Below are positions 10,434 through 20,215 of a DNA stretch of 64,000 bases, one piece after another. The stretch spans positions 7,609-71,608 of the forward strand of contig NZ_DATIDY010000040.1 of the NCBI RefSeq assembly GCF_035456085.1, given 5' to 3'. Source of the DNA: Flavobacterium sp. (lineage in GTDB: Bacteria > Bacteroidota > Bacteroidia > Flavobacteriales > Flavobacteriaceae). The first letter of the stretch is position 1. Each line of letters starts with the position of its first letter. The position numbers and the translations under genes are program-made. The notes below the pieces were generated by a model. The model searched no databases and was not told the DNA's origin. It was given only the letters and a program-made list of their open reading frames with translations.

Positions 10434-11267
10434 CTAATTCGAAATCTTAATGGAAGTCATACTCAACGAACCTCCAACCAATTTATCATTAAACAAACTC
10501 AACTCTTCTTGATTTTCTTTTAGTCCTAAAGTATAAATTAGAGGTAAATAATGCTCTGGAGTAGGAATTGATAACTGAAATGCTTTGCTCTGTTTTTCAA
10601 AATCAATAAGTGGTTGAAAATTCCCGTCTAACAAATAATTATTGATATTCTCCCTGGCTTCAAAGGCCCAATCGTAGCCATAATTATCGGTATTGATGTT
10701 TCTAAAATCTACCAAACGCAAATTGTGAATAATGTTACCGCTGCCTACAATCAGGATTCCTTTGCTTCGCAATACACTTAATTTTTGCGCCAAATCAAAA
10801 TGATATTGACCAGATTTTGTATAATCTATACTCATCTGAATTACAGGAATATCAGCCGCCGGATATAAATGTTTAATTACACTCCACGCGCCATGGTCCA
10901 AACCCCAATGATGATCTAATTCAACTGCTGTTGGCAACAACAATTCCTGAGTTAATGTTGCTAAATTTGGATTGCCTTTAGCTGGATATTGTACCTCAAA
11001 TAATTCTTTAGGAAAACCTCCAAAATCATGAATGGTTCTTGGCATTTCCATCGCGGTAATTTTGGTACCATTAGTAAACCAATGCGCCGAAATACATAAA
11101 ATTGCATTGGGTTTGGGTAATGTTCTGGCTATATTTCGAAAACCTGTTACAAACTCATTCTCTTCAATGGCATTCATTGGGCTTCCGTGTCCAAGGAATA
11201 ATACAGGCATTTTTTCGGTATTCGAAAAAGTGATTGAAATATTATGTAAATCGTTTAAAGTGTTCAT
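10434..11267 (-). CDS. ygiD: 4,5-DOPA dioxygenase extradiol (LigB family)
   Basis: FLGHGSPMNA, ISAHW, TIHDFGGFP, LDHGAWS, PTPEHYLPL. Start placed at MNTLND rather than the 11333 upstream start. Confidence 0.9.
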   Translation of the reverse strand: MNTLNDLHNISITFSNTEKMPVLFLGHGSPMNAIEENEFVTGFRNIARTLPKPNAILCISAHWFTNGTKITAMEMPRTIHDFGGFPKELFEVQYPAKGNPNLATLTQELLLPTAVELDHHWGLDHGAWSVIKHLYPAADIPVIQMSIDYTKSGQYHFDLAQKLSVLRSKGILIVGSGNIIHNLRLVDFRNINTDNYGYDWAFEARENINNYLLDGNFQPLIDFEKQSKAFQLSIPTPEHYLPLIYTLGLKENQEELSLFNDKLVGGSLSMTSIKISN

Positions 11268-11429
11268 AGACAAATATCTAAAATTTAAAACAGACAAATT
11301 ATTTTTTAAACCATATAAGTCATATAAGGTCATTTAAGTTTTAGCATGATTGTTTTAAAAATTTATAAAAACTTAAAAATTCATCTCAATACTAGCTTCA
11401 ATGAACTTATACGGTTAATTATCAATTTA

Positions 11430-12851
11430 TTACACAAAACTATCATCCTTAAATCCTATCAAATATAGCTTATTTTTGGCTCTAGTCATAGCGGTGTATA
11501 ACCAACGAATGTAATCTCTGTCGATTCCATTCGGCAGATAAGGTTGTTCTATAAAGACTGTATTCCACTGTCCTCCTTGCGATTTATGACAGGTAATGGC
11601 ATAAGAGAATTTAACTTGCAGTGCATTGAAATATTCGTTCTCTTTTACTTTTTGAAACTTTTTGTATTTGGTAGTTTCATTTTCATAATCTTTCATCACT
11701 TCCTGATACAATCTGTTTGATTCTTCAAAAGTTAATGATGGCGACTCACTTTTTATAGTGTCCATTAAAAGTACGGTTTCAAACGGCTTTTGATCAGGGT
11801 AATCAATCATTCGGATTTTTACTTTGGCAAATTTAAAACCGTATAATTCTTTGATTCCGAACATTTCTAAAACTTCGATAATATCACCATTGGCAATAAA
11901 TCCCGCTTCATCCGAATCCTTTAGCCAAAAATAATTATTCTTCACCACCATCAAGAAATCGCCTGTTGATAGTTCACTTTCTTTATCAAGGATTTTGGTT
12001 CTAATTTGTTCATTGTATTGATTCGCTCTTTTATTGGAACGGACAATAAAAGCCGTGTCTTCGATGCTGTAATTACTATAAGCTGAATTAATAGCATCTT
12101 GAATATCATAACCGTCAATCAGCCGGACAATGTCTTTGAATTTTCGGACATTGAACTTGAATTCGGATATGAAAGAATCTTTTAATAATTCTCTTAATTC
12201 GGTGGCGTTGTACAAGATCCCTGAGTTTTCTTCCTGACGCATTACTTCGTCAAGCTCGATATGTTCTACTTCTTTATTATAATGAAAACTTAAAGTTTCA
12301 ATATCCAGAGCTGGGCTTACTTCTAAATTTACCGGTGGTAGCTGAGCAGTATCTCCCAACAGTATCATTTTGCAATTGGTTCCTGAGTATACATAGGAAA
12401 TCAAATCATCGAGCAAAGAGCCGTTTTCATATAATTTGGAATCCGAATTAACATCGGAAATCATCGAAGCTTCATCGACTATGAAAATGGTGTTTTTGTG
12501 TTTGTTTTGCTGTAAAGTGAATGAAACGCCTCCACCTGAATTTTTCTTTGGAAAGTATATTTTTTTATGAATTGTAAAAGCAGGTTTATTCGAATAATTT
12601 GAAATTACTTTGGCCGCACGACCAGTTGGAGCTAACAAAACATACTTTTTATTAATATCCAATAGACTATTTACAATCGTAGAAATCACGGTTGTTTTTC
12701 CTGTTCCGGCATATCCTTTTAGCACAAAAATCGTATCATTATGAATGTCAGTCAAAAAAATGGCTATCTTTTGAAAAAAAATATCCTGATTATACGTGAG
12801 TTGAAAAGGAAACTTTTTTTGTAAATGATTATAAAATGCAGAGGAGTTCAT
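11430..12851 (-). CDS. RecD-like SF1B ATP-dependent helicase
   Basis: GYAGTGKT, APTGRAAK, VDEASM, GDTAQLPPV, YAITCHKSQG, YTAMTRAK. Confidence 0.88.
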   Translation of the reverse strand: MNSSAFYNHLQKKFPFQLTYNQDIFFQKIAIFLTDIHNDTIFVLKGYAGTGKTTVISTIVNSLLDINKKYVLLAPTGRAAKVISNYSNKPAFTIHKKIYFPKKNSGGGVSFTLQQNKHKNTIFIVDEASMISDVNSDSKLYENGSLLDDLISYVYSGTNCKMILLGDTAQLPPVNLEVSPALDIETLSFHYNKEVEHIELDEVMRQEENSGILYNATELRELLKDSFISEFKFNVRKFKDIVRLIDGYDIQDAINSAYSNYSIEDTAFIVRSNKRANQYNEQIRTKILDKESELSTGDFLMVVKNNYFWLKDSDEAGFIANGDIIEVLEMFGIKELYGFKFAKVKIRMIDYPDQKPFETVLLMDTIKSESPSLTFEESNRLYQEVMKDYENETTKYKKFQKVKENEYFNALQVKFSYAITCHKSQGGQWNTVFIEQPYLPNGIDRDYIRWLYTAMTRAKNKLYLIGFKDDSFV

Positions 12852-12885
12852 TGAGTTTTATTTGAATTACAAAGAACGGCTTTTT

Positions 12886-12990
12886 CAATATCAATTTCAA
12901 TATCAATAAAAAATTCAATGCTGTTCACCATTAACTTTTGCAATTGACTTTTGCTATTGTAGTTGATATTGATTTTTGAAATTGATATTG
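12886..12990. repeat. Low-complexity intergenic inverted repeat built from TCAATA-like units
   Basis: CAATATCAATTTCAA (12886-12900) pairs with TTGAAATTGATATTG (12976-12990). Confidence 0.65.
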
Positions 12991-13030
12991 CTATTTTAAT
13001 TTGTAAGTTTGCATTGTTGAAAAAAAATCT

Positions 13031-13837
13031 ATGAATATCACTGACAAGAAATATAAAAAACTTTCAATTCAAGTTTCACTTACGGGGCTTTCGTTTTGTT
13101 GCTTTGACACGCTTCATAACAGAATTGTGTCTATAAATGAAATTCAGTTTGATACTTTTCATAAGTCGATTAAGATTGAAGAATTGTTTTCGGATGCTTT
13201 TAAAAATTATCCAGAGCTGAGTGATAGTTATGATGAAATTCAGGTGATTCACAATAATAATCTTTCAACATTTGTGCCTACTGCCCTATTTGATGAAAAC
13301 TTTTTAGGCAGTTATTTACAGTACAATACCAAAGTTTTTGAAACGGATTTTTTTGCATTTGATGAAATCACTAATTATCAGATGAATGCGGTTTACATTC
13401 CTTATGTGAATATCAATAACTTTTTTATTGACCAGTTTGGTTCTTTTGACTACAAACATGCTAATACTGTTTTGGTTTCTAAGCTTTTGGATGCTTCCAA
13501 AAACAATGACAACAAGAAAATGATTGTTCACTTTAATCCGGGTCATTTTGAAATTATTGTGATTCAGAATCAAAAACTGCTTTTATTCAATTCATTTGAA
13601 TACAAAACGCCTGAGGATTTTATTTACTATCTGCTTTTTACAGCCGAGCAGTTAAATATGAATCCGGAAAGTTTTCACTTAGAATTATTAGGAGCGATTT
13701 CGGAAGAAGATGATTTTTACAAAATTGCGTACAAGTACATTCGCAATGTTTCTTTCTTGGATGTAAGCGATTTACAAAAAAACAACAACTTTTCAGCAGC
13801 ACAAAATCTGCAACATTTTATACTTTTAAACTCATGA
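13031..13837 (+). CDS. DUF3822 family protein
   Basis: LSIQVSLTGLSFC start, FVPTALFD and FEYKTPEDFIYYLLF; position next to rsmD. Confidence 0.8.
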   Translation: MNITDKKYKKLSIQVSLTGLSFCCFDTLHNRIVSINEIQFDTFHKSIKIEELFSDAFKNYPELSDSYDEIQVIHNNNLSTFVPTALFDENFLGSYLQYNTKVFETDFFAFDEITNYQMNAVYIPYVNINNFFIDQFGSFDYKHANTVLVSKLLDASKNNDNKKMIVHFNPGHFEIIVIQNQKLLLFNSFEYKTPEDFIYYLLFTAEQLNMNPESFHLELLGAISEEDDFYKIAYKYIRNVSFLDVSDLQKNNNFSAAQNLQHFILLNS

Positions 13838-14439
13838 GAATCATATCTGGAAAATACAAAGGAAGACGCATTTTTCCGCCAAAAGGTTTGCCCGTTCGAC
13901 CTACAACCGATATGAGTAAAGAGGCATTATTTAATGTTTTGAATAATCATTTTAGTTTTGAAGGCTTGAAAGTATTGGATTTATTTTCGGGAACAGGGAA
14001 TATTAGTTATGAGTTTGCTTCGCGCGGAAGTTCACCAATTACTTCGGTGGATGCTGATTTTGGTTGTGTGAAATTCATCAAACAAGTGGCAGCAGAATAT
14101 GATTTTAATATTGCAGCGACCAAAAGTGATGTATTTACTTTTTTAGAAAAAAACAAAACGACTTACGATATTATTTTTGCTGATCCTCCTTATGGTTTAG
14201 ACCAAAAGACTTTTGAAAAAGTGGTTTTAACGGTTTTTGAAAAAGGATTATTGGATGAGGAAGGCATGATGATTATTGAACATTCTAAATACACTAAACT
14301 GGATCATTTGATTAATTTTTCTTTTCAAAAAAGTTATGGTGGTTCTATTTTTAGTTTCTTCGAATTGAATTCCACTGATGAAGAAGAAGAACTTCCAGAA
14401 AATTTATCAAATAAAGTTACTGAAGACGACGAGCTATAA
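13834..14439 (+). CDS. rsmD: 16S rRNA (guanine966-N2)-methyltransferase RsmD
   Basis: MRIISGKYKGRRI, RPTTD, LDLFSGTG, FADPPY, IEHS; extra acidic C-terminal tail. Confidence 0.93.
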   Translation: MRIISGKYKGRRIFPPKGLPVRPTTDMSKEALFNVLNNHFSFEGLKVLDLFSGTGNISYEFASRGSSPITSVDADFGCVKFIKQVAAEYDFNIAATKSDVFTFLEKNKTTYDIIFADPPYGLDQKTFEKVVLTVFEKGLLDEEGMMIIEHSKYTKLDHLINFSFQKSYGGSIFSFFELNSTDEEEELPENLSNKVTEDDEL

Positions 14440-14440
14440 T

Positions 14441-16567
14441 CTATCGTATTCTATTCGAATTGTCGTCAATATTTTTTTCTTTAAACTTAGAAGCTTTTAT
14501 TTTTCCAAAAGAATATTTAATTGCTATCGAAAATTCATTTGCATCGACCAAATACCTAGCTTTTGATCTAATATTATTTATCGTAAATTTTTCTTCGTAG
14601 ATCGTGTTTTTAAAAATATCATTGTAACTCAAAGTACAATTCCAATTGGTAAATAATGTTTTAGAAACACCTAAATCCATAATGAACCAAGCTTTTCTTT
14701 CAAAAACTCCTTCTTTTTGATCTGTTAAACCATAGGCTGTCAGCACAAACGAATAGCCTTTTGGCAGTTTAAACTCATTGCTTGAATAGTAATATAAATA
14801 CGGTTTTGAGTCCATAAACAATGCAAAATCATCTTCAATTTTATTCAATATGCAACTTAAACTATTAGTTGATGTCCAAATTTTATAAGTAAAAGGCAAA
14901 CTAAATTCTAAATTGAATCCTGATTCTTTTTCGAAATTAATTTCTTTAAAAGTCAATATATTATTTTGATTATCAAATACAAAACTACTATAAACAGGAT
15001 CTGTGTTTACATAATAGCTTAACTTCACCGATTTGTCATTATATTGAAAACTGGACGAAATTTGATTGCTGATAATTGGATTTAAATTAATATTCTTGGA
15101 ATACAGAAAGTACGGATTGATATAAGTGGCTCCCTGACTAGTAGATGAATAATTGGGTCTGGAAATACTTTTTGAATAATTTAAAGTTACAGATTTCGTA
15201 CTGTCAATCGGAATATCAAACTGAACCTTCGGAAAGAAATCGGTGTAATTCTTTTTGATTAAAGGTATATCATCATTTTTGAATTTCCCTTTTATGTCTG
15301 TATTCTCAACTCTAAAGCCAACTGAATAGCCAATCTTTTTTAAACTTCCTGATAACTGCGCATATCCAGCGCTATTTTTTTCATCGAAATCATAAATTGA
15401 ATTGATTGTAGAATTGGTTTCAAAATTTAAAGTTTCGAAATCAGTTTTGGCATCGGCAGACAAATAAAGCCCGCCATATTCCAGCTTCATTTCATTTTTA
15501 AATTTCTTTTCGAAATCAATTCTTCCGGAAAACACATTCACTTTGAATTTTTGATCGCTGTTTTGTACTTTTTCAAATTGAGTTTCATTATAATTATTCT
15601 GCACAAAAGCTTTTGAATCCTGATCAAAAGCAGAATATTGAAAACCTGTAAATAACTGTGTATCTATTGGTTTTATTTTCTTCGAATAGTTGATAAATGA
15701 ATTGATAAAATTCTTCTGGCTCTTATTATCACTGTAAGTCACCACATTATTTTCGACATCGCCATTCTTGTTGTATGATGTGGTATTTATGTCAAAAGGT
15801 TCGCTCTGTAGCTTGCCATTCATATTAATTGAGAAATAATCTTCTTCATTAATTTTATAAAAAAGACCACCACCAAAAAGATACTGCTTCCTTTTGGTAT
15901 TTGCTGTGGCAACATTATAATTTGAAATAATATCCTCATCTGGAATTTGATAATCGATGCTATGGCTTTCCCAAGGACTTAATTTATTGTAATTAAAATT
16001 AGCTTTCCATTCGAGTTTATTCTTTTTGAAACTTGAATTTATCCCGAGATAGTTATTGTATTCTTTTTTAAAAGATGCCACCTCAGATATTGTTGTTTGC
16101 GAACCTTCCTTTTTACTAAATTTTCTGGTAATCAAAATAACGGCTCTCCCTTCAGCTTCATATTTGGAGGATGGATTATTGATTATTTCGATACTTTTTA
16201 TATCATCTACAGACAGGGCATTTAGATCATTCATTCCAATTTTTTGATTGTCCATATAAATCAAAGGAGTTCCTTTTCCAATAACCGTTATGTTTTCCTT
16301 GTCGGCGCTGATGGTAACATTGGGCAATTTGGACATTAAATCCAGTGTATTTGGAACTGAATTTAGTATCGTATTGGCCACATCAACTTTGATATTACCA
16401 TTTTTATTGGTGAACATTTTCTTTTCTTTGGTGACAACTACTTCAGTTAATTTATTGGATATACTGTCATTTTCGGTTGTATTTTGTGCAAACCCAAAAA
16501 CAGAAATCATAAGAAAAATGACAATAATTATATTTTTAAATTCTAATCTGTTTTTTATTGATAGCAT
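14441..16567 (-). CDS. Outer-membrane beta-barrel protein (TonB-dependent receptor-like, plug plus barrel)
   Basis: Signal peptide, plug motifs (LPNV, IEIINNPSSKYEAEG), barrel-like aromatic strands. Confidence 0.8.
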   Translation of the reverse strand: MLSIKNRLEFKNIIIVIFLMISVFGFAQNTTENDSISNKLTEVVVTKEKKMFTNKNGNIKVDVANTILNSVPNTLDLMSKLPNVTISADKENITVIGKGTPLIYMDNQKIGMNDLNALSVDDIKSIEIINNPSSKYEAEGRAVILITRKFSKKEGSQTTISEVASFKKEYNNYLGINSSFKKNKLEWKANFNYNKLSPWESHSIDYQIPDEDIISNYNVATANTKRKQYLFGGGLFYKINEEDYFSINMNGKLQSEPFDINTTSYNKNGDVENNVVTYSDNKSQKNFINSFINYSKKIKPIDTQLFTGFQYSAFDQDSKAFVQNNYNETQFEKVQNSDQKFKVNVFSGRIDFEKKFKNEMKLEYGGLYLSADAKTDFETLNFETNSTINSIYDFDEKNSAGYAQLSGSLKKIGYSVGFRVENTDIKGKFKNDDIPLIKKNYTDFFPKVQFDIPIDSTKSVTLNYSKSISRPNYSSTSQGATYINPYFLYSKNINLNPIISNQISSSFQYNDKSVKLSYYVNTDPVYSSFVFDNQNNILTFKEINFEKESGFNLEFSLPFTYKIWTSTNSLSCILNKIEDDFALFMDSKPYLYYYSSNEFKLPKGYSFVLTAYGLTDQKEGVFERKAWFIMDLGVSKTLFTNWNCTLSYNDIFKNTIYEEKFTINNIRSKARYLVDANEFSIAIKYSFGKIKASKFKEKNIDDNSNRIR

Positions 16568-16619
16568 TACATTGCAAATTTTATAATTGCAAAAATGAGT
16601 TTAAAAATATCTTCTATAA

Positions 16620-16647
16620 GTTAATCGAAGGTTAATGCAGGGTTAAT
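16620..16647. promoter_or_regulatory. Triple GTTAAT direct repeat with 11-bp period; probable OmpR-type binding site
   Basis: GTTAAT at 16620, 16631 and 16642, between the OMP gene and the divergent HK-RR operon. Confidence 0.55.
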
Positions 16648-18058
16648 GACGAATTTGAATAATAAAAGAATTATTTTTGACCACAATTTTCATCGAATGA
16701 ATAAGAGAATCAATTTATTAATAGCATTTTCGGTAGTAGCTTTGATTGCTCTGTCGACTGTGCAATGCTATTTGGTAAAAACTGCCTATGACTACAAAGT
16801 AGCTCAATTTCACTCTGAAATTAAAGAGGATATTGCTAAAATAACGAATGAATTCAGTGATATTGATTCGGCATACGTCAATAAAAAGGAATTACTGTAT
16901 AACCAATTGGCGCAAAACTATGTTATAAATAAAAGGTCAAAGATTGATATTAAAAATACTTTAATTGAAAATGAGTCTAACGACCCATTAACCCGAAAAT
17001 TACAACTTAGATTTAAAAGAGATTTTCCAAATATTGATATTGATTTTGCTATTGTTCTGAACAAATTTGTCATTTATAATAGCTATAAAAAACCCGACAC
17101 TCTTTTTTCAGAAAAGCCTGTTATACAGAATAAAATATATGGTCATTTAAAGTCTTTGGATAATGCCTTTTTGGTCAGAAATTATGTGAGTACCACAAAC
17201 GGGTCTGCAGTACTGAAAGATTATAAATTACTCACTGAGGACTCCATGTACGTTTCTGTAGCTGATTGGGAAATGATCATTTTTGAAAGAATGAGAATGG
17301 TTTTATTACTGTCATTAGCATCCATTCTTACCTTAATAACTCTTTTTGTTATTGCGATTAAAGCACTTATAAAACAAAAGAAAGTAAGCGATGTCAAAAC
17401 CGATTTTATTAATAATATCACCCACGAACTCAAAACTCCTTTGACAACTTTGGGAATTTCCACTAAAATATTGGAACGAAAAGACATTCGTGAAAATGAT
17501 GGGCAATTCGACAGTATTTTGAATACAATTTCACGTCAAAATAGTCGCCTTCAAAATTTAATTGATCAGGTAATGGCTAATTCACTGGGAGAGAACGAAG
17601 TTGAACTGCAAAAAGAAAAAGTTGAAGCAGAAACCTTTTTGAAATCTATTGTTGCTGATTTTAAGGTTGCATTTCCAAAAGTTACTCTTGAAACTCAATT
17701 TAATACTAACGAAACGCTATTGGTTTTGGATAAGTTTCATTTAACGACAGCCATCTTAAATGTATTCGAAAATGCCGTAAAATATGGCAGTAGTACAATT
17801 ACACTCAAAACTGAATTAGTTAAAAATCAATTTAACATCAGTATAAAAGATGATGGAATTGGGATTTCAAAAAGCAAACATTCTCTATTGTTTGATAAAT
17901 TTTACAGGGTTGAACAAGGCAATTTACATAATGCAAAAGGTCTGGGATTAGGACTGTTTTATGTAAAGCAAATCATAAAAGCGCATCAAGGCACAATTGG
18001 TGTTATAAGTGATTTAGGAAAAGGCTCGGAATTTACTATTATGTTTAAAATTCAATAA
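16646..18058 (+). CDS. Membrane sensor histidine kinase (start probably 16697)
   Basis: Two TM segments, H-box THELKTP, N-box ENAVKY, G1 DDGIG, G2 GLGLGL. Confidence 0.93.
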   Translation: MTNLNNKRIIFDHNFHRMNKRINLLIAFSVVALIALSTVQCYLVKTAYDYKVAQFHSEIKEDIAKITNEFSDIDSAYVNKKELLYNQLAQNYVINKRSKIDIKNTLIENESNDPLTRKLQLRFKRDFPNIDIDFAIVLNKFVIYNSYKKPDTLFSEKPVIQNKIYGHLKSLDNAFLVRNYVSTTNGSAVLKDYKLLTEDSMYVSVADWEMIIFERMRMVLLLSLASILTLITLFVIAIKALIKQKKVSDVKTDFINNITHELKTPLTTLGISTKILERKDIRENDGQFDSILNTISRQNSRLQNLIDQVMANSLGENEVELQKEKVEAETFLKSIVADFKVAFPKVTLETQFNTNETLLVLDKFHLTTAILNVFENAVKYGSSTITLKTELVKNQFNISIKDDGIGISKSKHSLLFDKFYRVEQGNLHNAKGLGLGLFYVKQIIKAHQGTIGVISDLGKGSEFTIMFKIQ

Positions 18059-18065
18059 TTTAAAG

Positions 18066-18749
18066 TTGAAAAAAATACTTTTAGCTGAAGACGATGCTGA
18101 CTTTGCAAGCGTTCTCAAACAATATTTAGAATTGTGTCAATTTGAAATCACTTGGGCAGAAAATGGTGAAGAAGCATTACAACTGTTCCAATCCAAGACT
18201 TTTGATATTTGTGTTTTTGATGTAATGATGCCAAAAATGGACGGCTTCACGCTTGCTGAAAAAATCATTACAATAAATCCCGAAATTCCTTTTGTTTTTC
18301 TAACTGCCAGAAAATTAAAAGAAGACAAAATTATTGGTTTAAAATTAGGTGCCGATGATTATATCGTAAAACCTTTTGAGGCTGATGAACTTGTTTTACG
18401 CCTGAATAATATCATAAAAAGAAGCAGTCAAAATCATTTTTCTAAAGTAGCTGATGAATTGCAAATTGGCATTTATGTTTTTGACACTAAAAGGTTATGC
18501 CTCAAAAATGGCGAAACAACTCAACAACTTACAGAAAAAGAAGCTGATTTAATTCATTTCTTTTATACTCATAAAAATCAGATGATAAAAAGAGAGCAGA
18601 TTTTGAAAACGATTTGGGGTAATGACGATTTTTTTTCAGGAAGAAGTATGGATGTGTACATCAGTAAAATACGAAAATATTTCAAAGATGATTCGCGAAT
18701 AAGTATTGAAAGTGTACGGAATATTGGATTGGAATTTAAAATAATATAA
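18066..18749 (+). CDS. OmpR-family response regulator
   Basis: LLAEDD, DVMMP, GADDYIVKPF, winged-helix RSMDVYISKIRK. Confidence 0.94.
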   Translation: MKKILLAEDDADFASVLKQYLELCQFEITWAENGEEALQLFQSKTFDICVFDVMMPKMDGFTLAEKIITINPEIPFVFLTARKLKEDKIIGLKLGADDYIVKPFEADELVLRLNNIIKRSSQNHFSKVADELQIGIYVFDTKRLCLKNGETTQQLTEKEADLIHFFYTHKNQMIKREQILKTIWGNDDFFSGRSMDVYISKIRKYFKDDSRISIESVRNIGLEFKII

Positions 18750-18963
18750 AAAAGCGGTTAGAATGACTTCTTCAAACTATTTGTAAGTTCATCAATTTTA
18801 TAAAGTGGATAAGAAATAGTTATAAATAAATTTTAAATCGTTCAAACAAAAAAATATTAGTAAATTCCGAAAACAACTTCCATAGCGTTAATTTGTTTGT
18901 TACTGTCACAACACGACAAAAACTAAGAATAATGCTTTAAATGGAAAATTACATGCAAAATCA

Positions 18964-19182
18964 GTGATATCAACTATTGAAATCAAACAAAAATTACATT
19001 TTATATCTAGAAGTAATTTTTCGAATGAAGATGTTTTAAATCAGATCAAAAAACAAAGAAATTCAGTCAACAAGATCGAAGAACAGCTTAATAATTATAT
19101 ATCTATGGATGTTAATAAAAAAAGCTATTACAAACTGTTAAAATGCTTTTTTGGGTTCATTAATTTTTTAATTTTAATATAA
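18964..19182 (+). CDS. Hypothetical protein
   Basis: ORF track only; GTG start; no recognisable motif. Confidence 0.35.
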   Translation: MISTIEIKQKLHFISRSNFSNEDVLNQIKKQRNSVNKIEEQLNNYISMDVNKKSYYKLLKCFFGFINFLILI

Positions 19183-19208
19183 AGATTATTAATCTAAAAT
19201 GATGGAAT

Positions 19209-19454
19209 ATGGAAAAAGCAGTACTTTTAAGAATTCGCAAAGACTTAGATAGCCGTCAGCAACAAAATATAATCAAATTGAAGGGAACTTTAATTTCAAA
19301 AGGATATACAGAAATAATCCACATTAAAGATCAAGATGAAGACTTTCATATCAATTCTTTTGAAATCCCAGAAGCCTTCAGCAATGAAGTCCACGAATAT
19401 ATAAGTGATTTTATCGCAGGTCAAAATTTAGGAGATACAATAGTACTTTGTTAA
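19209..19454 (+). CDS. Small hypothetical protein
   Basis: ATG start, 81 aa, plausible composition. Confidence 0.6.
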   Translation: MEKAVLLRIRKDLDSRQQQNIIKLKGTLISKGYTEIIHIKDQDEDFHINSFEIPEAFSNEVHEYISDFIAGQNLGDTIVLC

Positions 19455-19511
19455 ATCTCATCCATTATTGCTTAGTCCCTACTTTTGAACTTAATCCGTA
19501 TTTTTTTAAGC

Positions 19512-19544
19512 AAAAAAAAACGTTTCAATTGCTTGAAACGTTTT
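19512..19544 (-). terminator. Intrinsic terminator of tRNA-Tyr
   Basis: AAAACGTTTCAA-ttgc-TTGAAACGTTTT followed by a long U-tract on -. Confidence 0.8.
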
Positions 19545-19546
19545 AG

Positions 19547-19627
19547 TGGGGAGAGCAGGATTCGAACCTGCGAAGTTCACACAGCAGATTTACAGTCTGC
19601 CCTCGTTGGCCGCTTGAGTATCTCCCC
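19547..19627 (-). tRNA. tRNA-Tyr(GTA), CCA not encoded
   Basis: Minus strand reads GGGGAGA...GCAGA-CTGTAAA-TCTGC...GGTTCGAATCC...TCTCCCC-A: acceptor stem, GTA anticodon, long variable arm and T-loop. Confidence 0.96.
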
Positions 19628-19760
19628 GAGCCTTATTTGGTAATGCTTATTGCGTTATCCGGGTGCAAATATAGAGACACTTTTTAGTTTTACAAACTTT
19701 TTTTGCACTTTATTTTAGTATTATTTTACTATTATTTTTAATGTATTGGTATTGAATAAA

Positions 19761-19790
19761 ATAAAAAATCTCCACTAGGGAGATTTTTTA
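19761..19790 (-). terminator. Terminator downstream of the TlpA domain
   Basis: AAAAAATCTCC-acta-GGGAGATTTTTT hairpin. Confidence 0.65.
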
Positions 19791-19810
19791 TTTTTAAATA
19801 TTACCAAGGC

Positions 19811-20215
19811 TTATTTTCCTAGTAATTCTATGATTTTTGCTTTCAATTCGGCACCTCTTAAATCTTGTGCAACTACATTTCCTGATTGATCAAGGATAAA
19901 TGTTGCTGGAATTGATTCCACTTTGTATTGCATTGCAATTGGTTCTTGCCAACCTTTAAGATTTGAAACCTGTGTCCAAACTAATTTATCTTTTGCAATA
20001 GCTTCTTTCCATTTTACTGGATCTTCGTCTAGAGAAACACCAATTATATTAAGACCTTTTGAATGTAATTCTTTATAAATTGCAACAACATTCGGATTTT
20101 CTTTTCGGCATGGACCGCACCATGAAGCCCAAAAATCAACGATTGTTACTTTTCCTAAACTTTCTTTAAGGCTAATTGTTTTGCCTTCTGTATTAGGAGC
20201 AGAAAAATCTGTTCT
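19811..20215 (-). CDS. TlpA/AhpC-TSA thioredoxin-like domain, in frame behind the UGA of the upstream ORF; not in the ORF track
   Basis: RTDFSAPNTEGKTISLKESLGKVTIVDFWASWCGPCRKENP...IPATFILD...LRGAEL...K*. 405 nt in the same frame; no ATG/GTG/TTG before WCGPC. Confidence 0.88.
   Translation of the reverse strand, partial: RTDFSAPNTEGKTISLKESLGKVTIVDFWASWCGPCRKENPNVVAIYKELHSKGLNIIGVSLDEDPVKWKEAIAKDKLVWTQVSNLKGWQEPIAMQYKVESIPATFILDQSGNVVAQDLRGAELKAKIIELLGK

Noticed and set aside
14441-19627. Prophage or genomic island integrated at tRNA-Tyr
   Set aside because: No integrase, no phage genes, and no duplicated tRNA 3' end (att site) found by eye.
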